A stretch of 34,747 nucleotides of DNA from an uncultured Clostridia bacterium (GCA_946541285.1 CAMNJG010000001.1:1-34747), one strand, 5' to 3'; shown: positions 17,000 through 26,596, counted from the stretch's first letter. Notes: a model not told the origin generated them from the sequence alone. Translations and numbers: made by a program.

Positions 17000-19258
17000 C
17001 TATACTGTCAGTTTCTGCAGGCTGTCCAGCATCCGCATGATCAGGACCGTTCCTTCTGCTCTGTTCAGGATATTCAGCGGTCTTACGGTATTGTCCTCAT
17101 ACCCTTTCAGCAGTCCGTGTTCCTGCGCGTATACAAACCAGGTGACGGCATAATCCGCGATATCCGCAGTATCCGCGTAAGTCAGGGTGATCGGAGCAGT
17201 CTGAGGATCCTGCGGCAGCGGTCCTGCCGGAGGCTGTGCCGGCTGCTCTGATCCCGGAGCCGGCTCTGCCGGAGTCCCTGTCGGTGCTTCGACTGGCTGT
17301 CCGGACTCTGCCGGAGCGCCTGCCGGTGTTTCTGCCGGCTGTCCGGACTCCGCAGGAGTCTGTGGGTCAGACGGCTGTGCCGGTTCCGACGGTTCCGCAG
17401 TACCAGATGGCTCCTGTGACGCCGGATCCGACGATGCCGGAGCCGGCGCAGTGACCGGATCTGTTTCATCATCGACAACTGCTGTCAGATCATCGTCACT
17501 GGCTTTGGAAACAGTCTGCTGTGTGCCCGTATTTCCGTTTTCACCGGCCTGCTGTGGAGTTTCTCCGGAGGAAGTATCACTGCCGGATGCCGGTTCCTCT
17601 GCAGAAACCTGATCCTGTCCGGAGGAAGTGCTTCCGTTTCCGGCTCCTTCATTTCCGGCCGGATTTTCAGGCTGTGCCGGGTTGTCTTCTGTTGACGAAC
17701 CCGACGGACTGTCCGGATTTGCCGGGGATGTCTCACTGTCTTTCGGACCGGCTTTTTCCCCGGAAGGAGGTTCCTGCTGTTTCTGCTTCGCTTTTTCTTC
17801 CACAGAAGCCATATACCGTCCCATCATGACCAGCATGTCCTGACGGGTAATCTGCTGATCCGGAGCAAACTCTGTTTCACTGACACCTTTGACAATCCCG
17901 TTTTCCGCGGCCCATCTGACAGCACCCGCGAACCACGCATCCACCGGAACATCCACAAACGAACTCTCCTGTGGCGCGGATGTATCCGCACCGGCTGCCC
18001 TGGCAATCATCTGCACGGTCATCGCTCTTGTAAACGGCTGATCCGCTCCGAAAAGTACCGGCGTAAGGCCGTTCGTAATCCCTGCTTTTTTCGCGGCGGC
18101 TGCTTCTGCCAGGTACCAGGCGTCAGCGGGAATGTCTCCGTAGCTGTCCCCTTCGTACATCGCGTAAAGTTCAACCGGTTCACTGACCGTAAAAGTATAC
18201 ACGGAATCTTTGGAGAACAGATTGCCGTCGCTGTCATACCAGCCAAGGAAATCTGCCTTTTTTCCACCTTCCTGTGTAACCGGGGCGGTGATGACAGTTA
18301 CCTGCGAATCCGGATCAGCAGTCAGAGAATCTGAAGCAGTCCCGGAAGCCGAGGCATGCACTCCCACACTGACCTGTTTCCGGAAGGAGGCCGTCAGCCT
18401 CTGCTCTCTGTCAGCAGTCAGTGTATAAACAGGATCCGATGAGAGATAGTTCCAGTTTTCGTCATACCAGCATTCAAACGCGGAACCCGGATCCGGTACC
18501 GCCGTCAGCGTAACATTTTCGCCATAACGATATGCTCCGACACCGGTGACTTCCCCGTGTCCGGTTCCGGATACGGCCCAGGAGATTTCCAGGCGCCACG
18601 GATTCTTCGGGTCCGGATCGGTCGGATCCCAGTTTTTATTCGGAGAGGAAGAGACACTCTGCACTGCCCGCTGTGGTTTTCCCAGCGCTCCGGCCTCCGG
18701 GCTGTCATAGACGGTTACCAGTGTGCCGGTCGGACAGTTATCGTAAATCCACTTGGCATCAGCCGTCTGCAGACGGACACAGCCCAGAGACGCGTGATTT
18801 CCCAGCGCGTCGTACTCACTGCTGATCATTTTGTTTTTGCCTGCGGAGGTATAGCAGATGGAATGGAAGAGGATGCTCCCCTTGATCCGGGAGGCATACT
18901 GTCCATAGGTTCCGTCGACCATCAGACGCCAGGTATAACGGGAATCCGGCGTGGAAAAGGTTCCTGCCGGCGTCGCGTGACCACTTCTTCCACAGGAAGC
19001 GACCATGGCTTTTACCGGAACGGAATAATTGCCATCGTCCCCGACACCGTAGACGGTCACCGTATTCATCTGACGGTTGACCATGACATAATAGGGGCTT
19101 TTGCCGTTATAGGCGGTACTGACGGCCGCGATGCTGTCCGCCGCAAAGACTTCTGACGGTGAAAAAATCATTCCTGTACCGGTAAATACCGGGACCGCCA
19201 GCAGCATTGCCATGGACAGAACCAGCGTCAGGCTTTTTTTCGCAATATTTCTGATCAT
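17000..19258 (-). CDS. Secreted L,D-transpeptidase (YkuD) with InlB-B-like repeats, three SLH domains and a long P/E/S/G-rich linker
   Basis: 752 aa. Signal/TM N-terminus. YkuD catalytic motif HSICYTS...NHASLGCVRL. Two GxVTG..Y..G..V.L.A.P..G..F..W repeats. SLH-like segments DIPADAWY.., FVDVPVDAWF.. and ADIADYAVTW... Confidence 0.8.
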   Translation of the reverse strand: MIRNIAKKSLTLVLSMAMLLAVPVFTGTGMIFSPSEVFAADSIAAVSTAYNGKSPYYVMVNRQMNTVTVYGVGDDGNYSVPVKAMVASCGRSGHATPAGTFSTPDSRYTWRLMVDGTYGQYASRIKGSILFHSICYTSAGKNKMISSEYDALGNHASLGCVRLQTADAKWIYDNCPTGTLVTVYDSPEAGALGKPQRAVQSVSSSPNKNWDPTDPDPKNPWRLEISWAVSGTGHGEVTGVGAYRYGENVTLTAVPDPGSAFECWYDENWNYLSSDPVYTLTADREQRLTASFRKQVSVGVHASASGTASDSLTADPDSQVTVITAPVTQEGGKKADFLGWYDSDGNLFSKDSVYTFTVSEPVELYAMYEGDSYGDIPADAWYLAEAAAAKKAGITNGLTPVLFGADQPFTRAMTVQMIARAAGADTSAPQESSFVDVPVDAWFAGAVRWAAENGIVKGVSETEFAPDQQITRQDMLVMMGRYMASVEEKAKQKQQEPPSGEKAGPKDSETSPANPDSPSGSSTEDNPAQPENPAGNEGAGNGSTSSGQDQVSAEEPASGSDTSSGETPQQAGENGNTGTQQTVSKASDDDLTAVVDDETDPVTAPAPASSDPASQEPSGTAEPSEPAQPSDPQTPAESGQPAETPAGAPAESGQPVEAPTGTPAEPAPGSEQPAQPPAGPLPQDPQTAPITLTYADTADIADYAVTWFVYAQEHGLLKGYEDNTVRPLNILNRAEGTVLIMRMLDSLQKLTV
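17261..17356 (-). repeat. In-frame 42-nt tandem repeat (2.3 copies) inside the wall-protein linker
   Basis: GGCTGTCCGGACTC recurs at 17295 and 17337. Encodes PAESGQPAETPAGA / PAESGQPVEAPTGT / PAEP. Confidence 0.8.
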
Positions 19259-19336
19259 TGGTTTCTCCTTTTTAAACTACTATAAATAATGGATGTTTTG
19301 AGATCGCTATGCTGCCTGCCATAAAACAATCCCTTC

Positions 19337-20131
19337 CTAACGATATGCGTCCATGCCATTCTCAACGATATCCAGGATCTCGAGCGGGGAACGGACAAGG
19401 CACACAGCGCCCTTTTGCTTCAGGAAAGCTTCCTCCCGGAACCCCCAGAGGCAGGAAATGCAGTCTACTCCTGAATTGGCCGCTGTCGCGATATCCACTT
19501 CCGAGTCCCCGACATAGACCGGACGGGTACAGCGGCTGCCCAGCAGCGCAAATGCCTTCATCACCATATCCGGTGCCGGTTTTTTATGAAGTCCCTGCTG
19601 CATGCCAATGGTAATCGTAATCTCCGGGAAAAAATGCCGGCAGAGATCACGGACTGCTTCATCAAACTTATTGGATACGACAGCCACCGCGCAGTTTCTT
19701 TCCTTCAGTTCCCGCAGAAGCTCGCGGACTCCGTCGTAAGCGCGTGTCTTCACCATGGAATGCGCGCTGTAATACGCGCGGAATTCTTTCAGGATCGCCT
19801 CGAATTTTTCCTCACTGACCGGAAGGATGAAATGAGTCCCGTCCGGAGCAGTGATATATCTCGTCCCGAATTTCGAATAAATGATGTCTTCTTCCGGCAG
19901 TCTCGCCACATCCGTATAACGGCGGGTAAACTCCGGTCCGTAAACACTTTTCATCATCAGGTTCCGGACACCGTTCCCGACATACTCCCGGATCTGCTCC
20001 AGGGGCAGGACCGGCAGTCCGGCTTTTTCCAGGACGTAATTATCCGCATCCGCCAGATCTTCCAGCGTATCCAGAAGCGTTCCGTCCAGGTCAAAAATCA
20101 CCGTATCATATATCAGATCACTCACATTCAT
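19337..20131 (-). CDS. HAD-IA family hydrolase (phosphoglycolate-phosphatase-like) with enlarged cap
   Basis: 264 aa. Motif I VIFDLDGTLLDT, motif II VVSNK, motif III/IV YVGDSEVDIATA. Confidence 0.75.
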   Translation of the reverse strand: MNVSDLIYDTVIFDLDGTLLDTLEDLADADNYVLEKAGLPVLPLEQIREYVGNGVRNLMMKSVYGPEFTRRYTDVARLPEEDIIYSKFGTRYITAPDGTHFILPVSEEKFEAILKEFRAYYSAHSMVKTRAYDGVRELLRELKERNCAVAVVSNKFDEAVRDLCRHFFPEITITIGMQQGLHKKPAPDMVMKAFALLGSRCTRPVYVGDSEVDIATAANSGVDCISCLWGFREEAFLKQKGAVCLVRSPLEILDIVENGMDAYR

Positions 20132-20179
20132 ACACTCCTTCGGATCCTGTTTTCATCTGCGGACACGCGGGCAGGCCCG

Positions 20180-21007
20180 TCAGCCCAGCGCGGCGACGGC
20201 GTCTTCCACTACGCGGGAAATAATGTCTTCAAGATGATCTTCTTCCGGATCGCTCACACCCTCTGCCTGTGCCGCTGCCGCGGTTTCAATCATCATCAGG
20301 TACTCGATATTTCCCTTGGCGCCCGTCATCGGGGAATACGTCAGTCCATAGAACACAAATCCATTCTCCTGCGCGTAACCGATCGCTTTCCGGATGACTT
20401 CCCGGTGTACTGCAGGATCGCGGACAATCCCGCCTTTCCCCACCTGCTCTCTGCCTGCTTCAAACTGAGGTTTGATCAGACAGACCAGACAGGCGTTTTC
20501 CTTCATAAGCGCTGCCGCCCGCGGAAGGATCATACTGAGGGAAATAAACGAAACATCCACACTGGCGAAATCCAGCTTTTCGTCAATCATATCCGGTGTA
20601 AAATAGCGGAAATTGACTTTTTCCATATTGACGACGCGTTCATCGCACCGCAGCCTGTAATCCAGCTGCCCGTACCCGACATCAACCGAGTAGACCCTGC
20701 GCGCTCCCCGCTGCAGCATACAGTCCGTAAAGCCGCCTGTGGAGGCACCGATATCCATGGCGACACAACCGTCGAGGTTGATCACAAAGGTGTTCAGCGC
20801 CTTCTCCAGTTTCAGCCCTCCTCTGCCGACATAAGGACAGGTGTCGCCCCGGAGCTCGATCTCCGCGTCCTCACGGACCATCGTCCCTGCCTTATCACAG
20901 ATGGCGCCGCCGATATACACACGGCCCTCCATGATCGCGGCTTTCGCTCGTGTACGGTTATCAAAAAATCCTTTCTGTACCAGCAGTACATCCAGTCGTT
21001 CTTTCAA
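20180..21007 (-). CDS. tlyA: TlyA family rRNA (cytidine-2'-O)-methyltransferase
   Basis: 275 aa. N-terminal S4 domain RLDVLLVQKGFFDNRTRAKAAI. FtsJ-type SAM motif AMDIGASTGGFTDC. TTG start with AGGAG 10 nt upstream. Confidence 0.88.
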   Translation of the reverse strand: MKERLDVLLVQKGFFDNRTRAKAAIMEGRVYIGGAICDKAGTMVREDAEIELRGDTCPYVGRGGLKLEKALNTFVINLDGCVAMDIGASTGGFTDCMLQRGARRVYSVDVGYGQLDYRLRCDERVVNMEKVNFRYFTPDMIDEKLDFASVDVSFISLSMILPRAAALMKENACLVCLIKPQFEAGREQVGKGGIVRDPAVHREVIRKAIGYAQENGFVFYGLTYSPMTGAKGNIEYLMMIETAAAAQAEGVSDPEEDHLEDIISRVVEDAVAALG

Positions 21008-21030
21008 TGTCTTCTTCTCCTGTTACAGGA

Positions 21031-22926
21031 TCACTGATCCTTTTTCTGAATCACTTCGATCTTACCGGCAATACTCTCCGCATCGAGGCCGTAAGCCTTC
21101 ATGAGCTCTTCTCTGCTCCCATGAGGAACAAACGCGTCCGGCCAGCCCATTTTACTGAAACTGACTTTTTCTGACCTGAGCAGATCTTCAATCAGACTGC
21201 CGTAACCGCCTGTCACCACATTATCTTCTACCGTCACAATCAGTCCTGTCTCCTGCGCGGCCCTGCGGTAAACCTGACGGTCCCGTCCGGACAGAGGTCT
21301 GACGATCTCCGCGTCGATCACGGTACATTCGATGCCCTTCTGTGCCAGCAGTTCCGACACCTCCAGGCAGACTTTCGTCATACTTCCGCAGCCGGCCAGT
21401 GTTACGTCACTGCCGGTCCGGAGGATTCTCGCGTGAGGACGCTCTTTTTTCTCCGCGTACTCCGTCAGTTCCGGGTACATGGACAGGTCCGCCGCCTCTC
21501 CTCTCGGATAACGGATCGCGACCGGTCCATCCATCTCCAGCGCATACTCCATCATCATCCGCAGACGTGATTCGTCAGACGGCGCCAGTATGGTCAGGTT
21601 TGGCATATGGCTCATATAGGAAATGTCAAAAATTCCCTGATGCGTCTCTCCGTCCGCGCCGACAACCCCGGCACGATCCAGGCAGAATACCACCGGAAGC
21701 TTCTGCATACAGACATCGATCAGCATCTGGTCGTAGGCCCTCTGCATAAAAGTCGAATAAATCGCCACAAAAGGTCTTTTGCCGCTGGTCGCCATGCCTG
21801 CCGCGAAGGTCACCGCGTGTTCCTCCGCGATCCCCACATCAAAGGTACGCTCCGGAAATTCTCCGGCAAAGCCGGCCAGGCCGGTTCCTTCAATCATGGC
21901 GGCACTGACTGCGACAATCCGTTCATCCCTGCGTGCCATTTCCCGGAGTTTCTTTCCGAAAACAGCGGAATAATCCGGTTTTTCGGATTTTTTCAGTGCG
22001 ACTCCCAGTTCCCTGTCAAACGGTCCGATCCCATGGAAACGATCCGGATGACGCTCCGCCGGACGGTAGCCTTTTCCTTTTTTTGTCACACAGTGAATAA
22101 TGACCGGACCATTCATCTCCCGGGCATCTTCAAAGACACTGATCAGATCTTCAAGATTATGGCCATCGACCGGCCCCAGATAGGTCAGCCCCAGTTCTTC
22201 AAAGACAACTCCCGGTACCAGTGTATACTTCACTGCGTCCTTAATCGCGCCGATACCATGTACCAGGGAATTCCCCACCAGAGGGATATCCCCCAGTTTA
22301 TCCTTGACACGGTCCTTCGCCCCGATATACCGGTCAGAAGACCGCAGTCCACTCAGATGCTGGGACAGACTTCCCCGGTTCGGTGAAATGGACATACCAT
22401 TGTCATTCAGGATAATCAGCAGACGCCCCTTCCGGAAACCGGCATTGTTCAGTGCTTCATAAACCATACCGCCCGTCATGGCACCGTCCCCGATCACCGC
22501 GATGACATGATAATTGTCTCCATTCAGATCCCTGGCTGCCGCCATCCCGAGCGCGGCGGAAATGGAATTACTGCTGTGTCCGGTATCAAAGGTATCATAG
22601 ATGCTCTCTGACCGTTTCGGAAAACCGGACAGTCCTCCATACTGCCGGAGGGTTCCCATACGGCTGCCGCGTCCGGTCAGCATTTTATGGACATAGGACT
22701 GATGTCCGACATCCCAGACAATCCTGTCCCGCGGCGCGTCGAACACTCTGTGCAGAGCCACCGTCAGCTCCACAACTCCCAGATTGGACGCCAGGTGGCC
22801 TCCGCAGGCCGACACACTTTCAATCAGCTCCGCCCGGATCCCGTCACAAAGCAGATCCAGTTCCCGGACTGACAGATCTTTCAGATCTGATGGATAAAAA
22901 CCCTCTTCTACACGTACATCTTTCAT
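21031..22926 (-). CDS. dxs: 1-deoxy-D-xylulose-5-phosphate synthase
   Basis: 631 aa. GHQSYVHKMLTGR and TPP motif GDGAMTGGMVYEALNNAG. ATGA overlap with the upstream gene. Confidence 0.95.
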   Translation of the reverse strand: MKDVRVEEGFYPSDLKDLSVRELDLLCDGIRAELIESVSACGGHLASNLGVVELTVALHRVFDAPRDRIVWDVGHQSYVHKMLTGRGSRMGTLRQYGGLSGFPKRSESIYDTFDTGHSSNSISAALGMAAARDLNGDNYHVIAVIGDGAMTGGMVYEALNNAGFRKGRLLIILNDNGMSISPNRGSLSQHLSGLRSSDRYIGAKDRVKDKLGDIPLVGNSLVHGIGAIKDAVKYTLVPGVVFEELGLTYLGPVDGHNLEDLISVFEDAREMNGPVIIHCVTKKGKGYRPAERHPDRFHGIGPFDRELGVALKKSEKPDYSAVFGKKLREMARRDERIVAVSAAMIEGTGLAGFAGEFPERTFDVGIAEEHAVTFAAGMATSGKRPFVAIYSTFMQRAYDQMLIDVCMQKLPVVFCLDRAGVVGADGETHQGIFDISYMSHMPNLTILAPSDESRLRMMMEYALEMDGPVAIRYPRGEAADLSMYPELTEYAEKKERPHARILRTGSDVTLAGCGSMTKVCLEVSELLAQKGIECTVIDAEIVRPLSGRDRQVYRRAAQETGLIVTVEDNVVTGGYGSLIEDLLRSEKVSFSKMGWPDAFVPHGSREELMKAYGLDAESIAGKIEVIQKKDQ

Positions 22927-23504
22927 TTTCTGCGCTCCGTAAAGACTGCCAGCAGTCTTCCGATAAAAGTAATGATCATTTTTGACCGGGACATGGCGAA
23001 CTCCTTGCCGATGGCTTTTCCTCCGATCGTCAGCGACGCGATCAGTCCACTGAGCAGGAGGGAAAGAAGCGCGTAATCCAGAATTCCGGCATTCGAAAGC
23101 TGTGTCACGATATATGCCGCCGAGGTTCCGCTGATGATTCCACAGGTATCCCCGACTACATCATTGCAGAGACTGGATACTTTCGGCGCGTTCCGGATCA
23201 GGGTCAGAGAGCTTCTGGCTCCCCGCACTCTGTGAGACGCCATGGAATGGAAAGATGCCGGATCCACGACTGCCACCGCGACACCAACAATGTCAAAAAT
23301 GATACCGATCACAACAATAGCGATTAATATGATAAAAGCCGCCAGTATATCTGATCTGCGCATGAGAAGATCTGATAACAGATTCATGGACACAGATAAG
23401 AAAAAAGCGCACACTGTTATACTGATAATCCATGCGCGCTGTGACTTCGATTTCTCTTTATTTTTTTCTCTTTCCTTTTCTTTCTCGCCTTTTTTCTTTT
23501 TCAT
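22923..23504 (-). CDS. oapA: Four-TM membrane protein in the position of OLE-associated protein A
   Basis: 193 aa (~21 kDa). K/E-rich N-terminus followed by about four hydrophobic helices. Sits directly downstream of the 639-nt non-coding gap and is translationally coupled to dxs, as described for oapA. Confidence 0.65.
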   Translation of the reverse strand: MKKKKGEKEKEREKNKEKSKSQRAWIISITVCAFFLSVSMNLLSDLLMRRSDILAAFIILIAIVVIGIIFDIVGVAVAVVDPASFHSMASHRVRGARSSLTLIRNAPKVSSLCNDVVGDTCGIISGTSAAYIVTQLSNAGILDYALLSLLLSGLIASLTIGGKAIGKEFAMSRSKMIITFIGRLLAVFTERRK

Positions 23505-23509
23505 TTAAA

Positions 23510-24140
23510 AATTACACAGCCGTTTTGATAATACAATAAAACAAGTGGCGGGCACCCGTGTTAATCTTCCGGCTTAGGTCCGGTCAGATTTCCTGGAAGG
23601 GCTTCTGAGACGTTGCCGTTTCAGATGTTTCCGTTTAAAGCCTTAACATCACGCGCTGTTGCCATGACGCGCTACCGGATTGCCACTCAGTCCGGACTGC
23701 AATCCACAGGTACCATACAGCCTAGGGGATTTCCCCGGCAGTACTGACTACTCTTATCCTTTTTTGCAACCAGTGTTTCGAGCAGCAATGGCTGACAGGA
23801 ACACGGCCGCTGCTCCTGCGCCTGGACCTGCTGTCCCCACCAGTCACTTCAAGGCAGGCTACGCTCGAACGGGATCCTCTGCTTCACAGCAGCTGTCACC
23901 CCGCTCCAGGTTCATTACTCACAGTCATATGGACATATGAAAGTGAGCCTCCACAGTATCCAGGGTTTACGTCCATATGCCATTATGAATCGCCCCGAAT
24001 ACCTTTTTCTCCCGGTAAATGCCCCCAACTGGGCGTCGGCAGCAAATACGAGGAGCTTCATCGATGTGCCCTTTGACGGATTTTTAGCCCCGTCTTCAGA
24101 ATAATCAGATTCTGACTAGGATACTGCGCCACACAGGTCT
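23510..24140 (-). ncRNA. OLE (ornate, large, extremophilic) RNA candidate; boundaries approximate
   Basis: 639-nt gap with no RBS-preceded ORF and GC-balanced composition. Many stems: 24097-24102/24109-24114, 24075-24079/24090-24094, 23926-23934/23971-23979, 23780-23786/23809-23815, GGGGAAAUCCCC at 23725-23736. Exact xseA-xseB-ispA-[gap]-oapA-dxs-tlyA synteny. Confidence 0.7.
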
Positions 24141-24143
24141 ATC

Positions 24144-25085
24144 TTATGATATTCTGTTCAGCAGGTCAAGCGCCATCTGCTCAAGAAATTCCAGATAACC
24201 GGCGGAATCCTCTGCCGCGTCCGGATTGTTCCTGTTTCCTTTCCGCACCGTTTCCAGGGCGAGACGGGCATTCGCGGTCGCCTGTTCCGCTTTCTCCCTG
24301 GACAGCTCCAGTCCGTACACTGACGGGTAGGTCAGTTTTCCCAGCTGTTCATCCATCCCGGTATTCTTCCCGAGGCTGGCGGCGTCACCTGTCACATCCA
24401 GGATATCATCGACAATCTGAAACGCGATCCCGATCTGTTCCCCGTAAACCGTAAAAGCCTCCAGCATCGCCGGTTCGGCCGCCCCCAGGATCGCTCCGGC
24501 TCTCACGGACGCGCGGAGCAGCGCCCCCGTCTTGTATCTGTGGATATACAGGAGTTTCCGCGCGTCATCTGCCTGGATATGCTCCGGACGGATATCGGCA
24601 GCCTGTCCCGCCGCCATCCCTCTGACACCGGACGCCTCAGAAATCTCACGGGCCGCGCGGATGCAGCGCAGCTGATACGCCGAACCCGGTTCACAGGATT
24701 CCGTCGTCTCCAGCATGACATCCATCGCGGAACTGAACAGCGCGTCACCTGCCAGGATCGCCATATCGTCGCCGAATACTTTATGGTTGGTTGGCCGTCC
24801 CCGGCGGAGGTCATCATTATCCATCGACGGATGATCATCATGGATCAGCGAAAAGGTATGAATGTATTCCATCGCGCAGGCAAACGGCATCGCCTCCCGC
24901 AGTCCGCCTCCGGCGGCCAGGCAGGAAGCCAGTAACAGAACCGGGCGGATCCGTTTGCCTCCCGCTTCAAGACTGTACTTCATGGAATCGTACAGCAGCG
25001 CGCTTTCCGGAGCTGTCACGGGAAGAAACGGGATCAGATGATCTTCGACTTCCTGTTTCAGCTGCTGATATTTTTCACTGAACAT
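24144..25085 (-). CDS. ispA: Farnesyl/geranyl diphosphate synthase
   Basis: FARM LIHDDHPSMDNDDLRRG and SARM QIVDDILD. The ATG at 25085 (MFSEKYQQL) has GGGAGG upstream and overlaps the xseB stop. The track start at 25124 is rejected. Confidence 0.9.
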   Translation of the reverse strand: MFSEKYQQLKQEVEDHLIPFLPVTAPESALLYDSMKYSLEAGGKRIRPVLLLASCLAAGGGLREAMPFACAMEYIHTFSLIHDDHPSMDNDDLRRGRPTNHKVFGDDMAILAGDALFSSAMDVMLETTESCEPGSAYQLRCIRAAREISEASGVRGMAAGQAADIRPEHIQADDARKLLYIHRYKTGALLRASVRAGAILGAAEPAMLEAFTVYGEQIGIAFQIVDDILDVTGDAASLGKNTGMDEQLGKLTYPSVYGLELSREKAEQATANARLALETVRKGNRNNPDAAEDSAGYLEFLEQMALDLLNRIS

Positions 25086-25323
25086 CTCCGTTTTCCTCCC
25101 TGATACTGTCACTCTGCCGATCATAGACCTGGATCAGCTGCCGGGCTTCCTCAAGGATGCCGGAGCAGATCCTGTAATATTCCAGTCCGGATTTGTACCG
25201 GTCAATCGCGTCGCTGAGACTGACATTCGGGTCATTCAGTTCCTCCGCGCACTGGCTGAGTTTTCTGTAAGCGCTTTCAAAATCCAGATCTTTTGTTTCT
25301 TTCTTTACCGTTTTATTTGCCAT
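25075..25323 (-). CDS. xseB: Exodeoxyribonuclease VII small subunit
   Basis: 82 aa helical protein. FESAYRKLSQCAEEL...LSDAIDRYKSG is typical of XseB. Overlaps the xseA stop. Confidence 0.88.
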   Translation of the reverse strand: MANKTVKKETKDLDFESAYRKLSQCAEELNDPNVSLSDAIDRYKSGLEYYRICSGILEEARQLIQVYDRQSDSIREENGDVQ

Positions 25324-26596
25324 CTGCCTCCTCCATGATTTCCGTAACCCGGGTCCATACGGAACCGTCCCGCAGACGAATCTTCAGTCCGCTTCCTTCC
25401 TGAAGTCCGGTTGTACCGGTCACCGCCCGTCCTGACGGATCCGTGACAATTGCGTAGCCCCGCTCGACGATCCTGTCCGGATTCCCTGCTTCCAGCAGGA
25501 GCTTCTGTTTCTCGAGATTTTCAGAACAGATCCATATTTTTTCCTGTATGGTCCGTTCCATATCATCCGACAGGCGTTCCAGTCCGGCTGCATATTTTTC
25601 CGTTCTGGAAGCCATGAAGCTTCCAAGAAACGAAGGCGTATATCGCTTCAGGGCTTCCGATTTCAGGGAATACTGATGCTGCAGGGAACGTATCAGCGAC
25701 TGCGGCGAATAGCGTTCTGCCGCGTTTTTTCTGGTCTGGTAGATTTTATCGAGTTTTTCACGAATCCCGTGCTCGAAAAGTTCTGTCACCTGCTGACGGA
25801 GCACCTGGACATCCGGGACCGCCATCACTGCCGCGGCTGTCGGCGTCTCTGCCCGGATATCCGCGGCAAAATCCGCGATGGTAAAATCCGTTTCGTGGCC
25901 GACTGCCGAAATCACCGGAATCTCTGAATCGTAAATCGCCCGGGCGACCGGTTCTTCATTGAAAGCCCACAGGTCTTCCAGGGATCCTCCGCCTCTTCCT
26001 GTAATGATCACATCCGTCTCCGGAAATTTCCGGTTGACCTCCCGGATCGCTGTGGAAATTTCCCCGGCCGCCTCCGGTCCCTGTACCAGCACCGGATAGA
26101 TAAGAATATCTGTAATCTGATTCCTGCTCCGGATGATTTTCAGCATATCCCGGAGTGCCGCGCCAGTATCGCTGGTGATGATACAGATTTTCCGCGGAAA
26201 TTCCGGGAGTTTTTTCTTTCGCTCCCTGCTGAAAATCCCTTCCGCGCTGAGCTTCGCGTACAGTGCCCGGTAAGCTGCCATCAGCGCGCCCTCACCAAAC
26301 GCTTCGACAGACTCCGCTGTCAGGGAGTACGTTCCGCCTTTTTCATAAACCGTCACTCGCCCTGTCGCCTTTACTTCCATCCCATCCTGCAGACGATAGC
26401 GCAGCCGCGACGCGTTCCTTTCCCACATCTGGCAGCGGATGCTCGCTTTGTCATCCTTCAGTGTGAAAAATACGGATCCGGAGCCGTGATACTTCAGGTT
26501 GGAAATTTCTCCGATCACGCCGACATTCATCATAATCGGATCGGTCTTAAAAATATTCGCGATATAACTGGTTAATCTGGATACTTTTACATCCAT
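25313..26596 (-). CDS. xseA: Exodeoxyribonuclease VII large subunit
   Basis: 427 aa from the ATG at 26596 (MDVKVSRLTSYI), which has a GGAGGA RBS. OB-fold N-terminus. ITGRGGGSLEDLWAFNEE motif. The track ORF extends 102 aa further into the aldolase gene. Confidence 0.9.
   Translation of the reverse strand: MDVKVSRLTSYIANIFKTDPIMMNVGVIGEISNLKYHGSGSVFFTLKDDKASIRCQMWERNASRLRYRLQDGMEVKATGRVTVYEKGGTYSLTAESVEAFGEGALMAAYRALYAKLSAEGIFSRERKKKLPEFPRKICIITSDTGAALRDMLKIIRSRNQITDILIYPVLVQGPEAAGEISTAIREVNRKFPETDVIITGRGGGSLEDLWAFNEEPVARAIYDSEIPVISAVGHETDFTIADFAADIRAETPTAAAVMAVPDVQVLRQQVTELFEHGIREKLDKIYQTRKNAAERYSPQSLIRSLQHQYSLKSEALKRYTPSFLGSFMASRTEKYAAGLERLSDDMERTIQEKIWICSENLEKQKLLLEAGNPDRIVERGYAIVTDPSGRAVTGTTGLQEGSGLKIRLRDGSVWTRVTEIMEEADGK

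Noticed and set aside
17261-17356. Tandem repeats as a possible CRISPR or minisatellite
   Set aside because: They are in-frame 42-nt coding repeats within a low-complexity linker. There are no spacers and no cas genes, and no CRISPR array is present anywhere in the window.
19270-19290. 9-mer GTAGTTTAA (minus strand) upstream of the transpeptidase gene, resembling the 26-bp repeat
   Set aside because: It is too short and AT-rich to distinguish from chance. The flanking sequence does not align.
23680-23940. 86-aa TTG-initiated ORF inside the 639-nt gap
   Set aside because: It has no Shine-Dalgarno and lies on the opposite strand to the operon. Its proline/serine-rich product has no recognisable motif. 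The region is better explained as a structured RNA.
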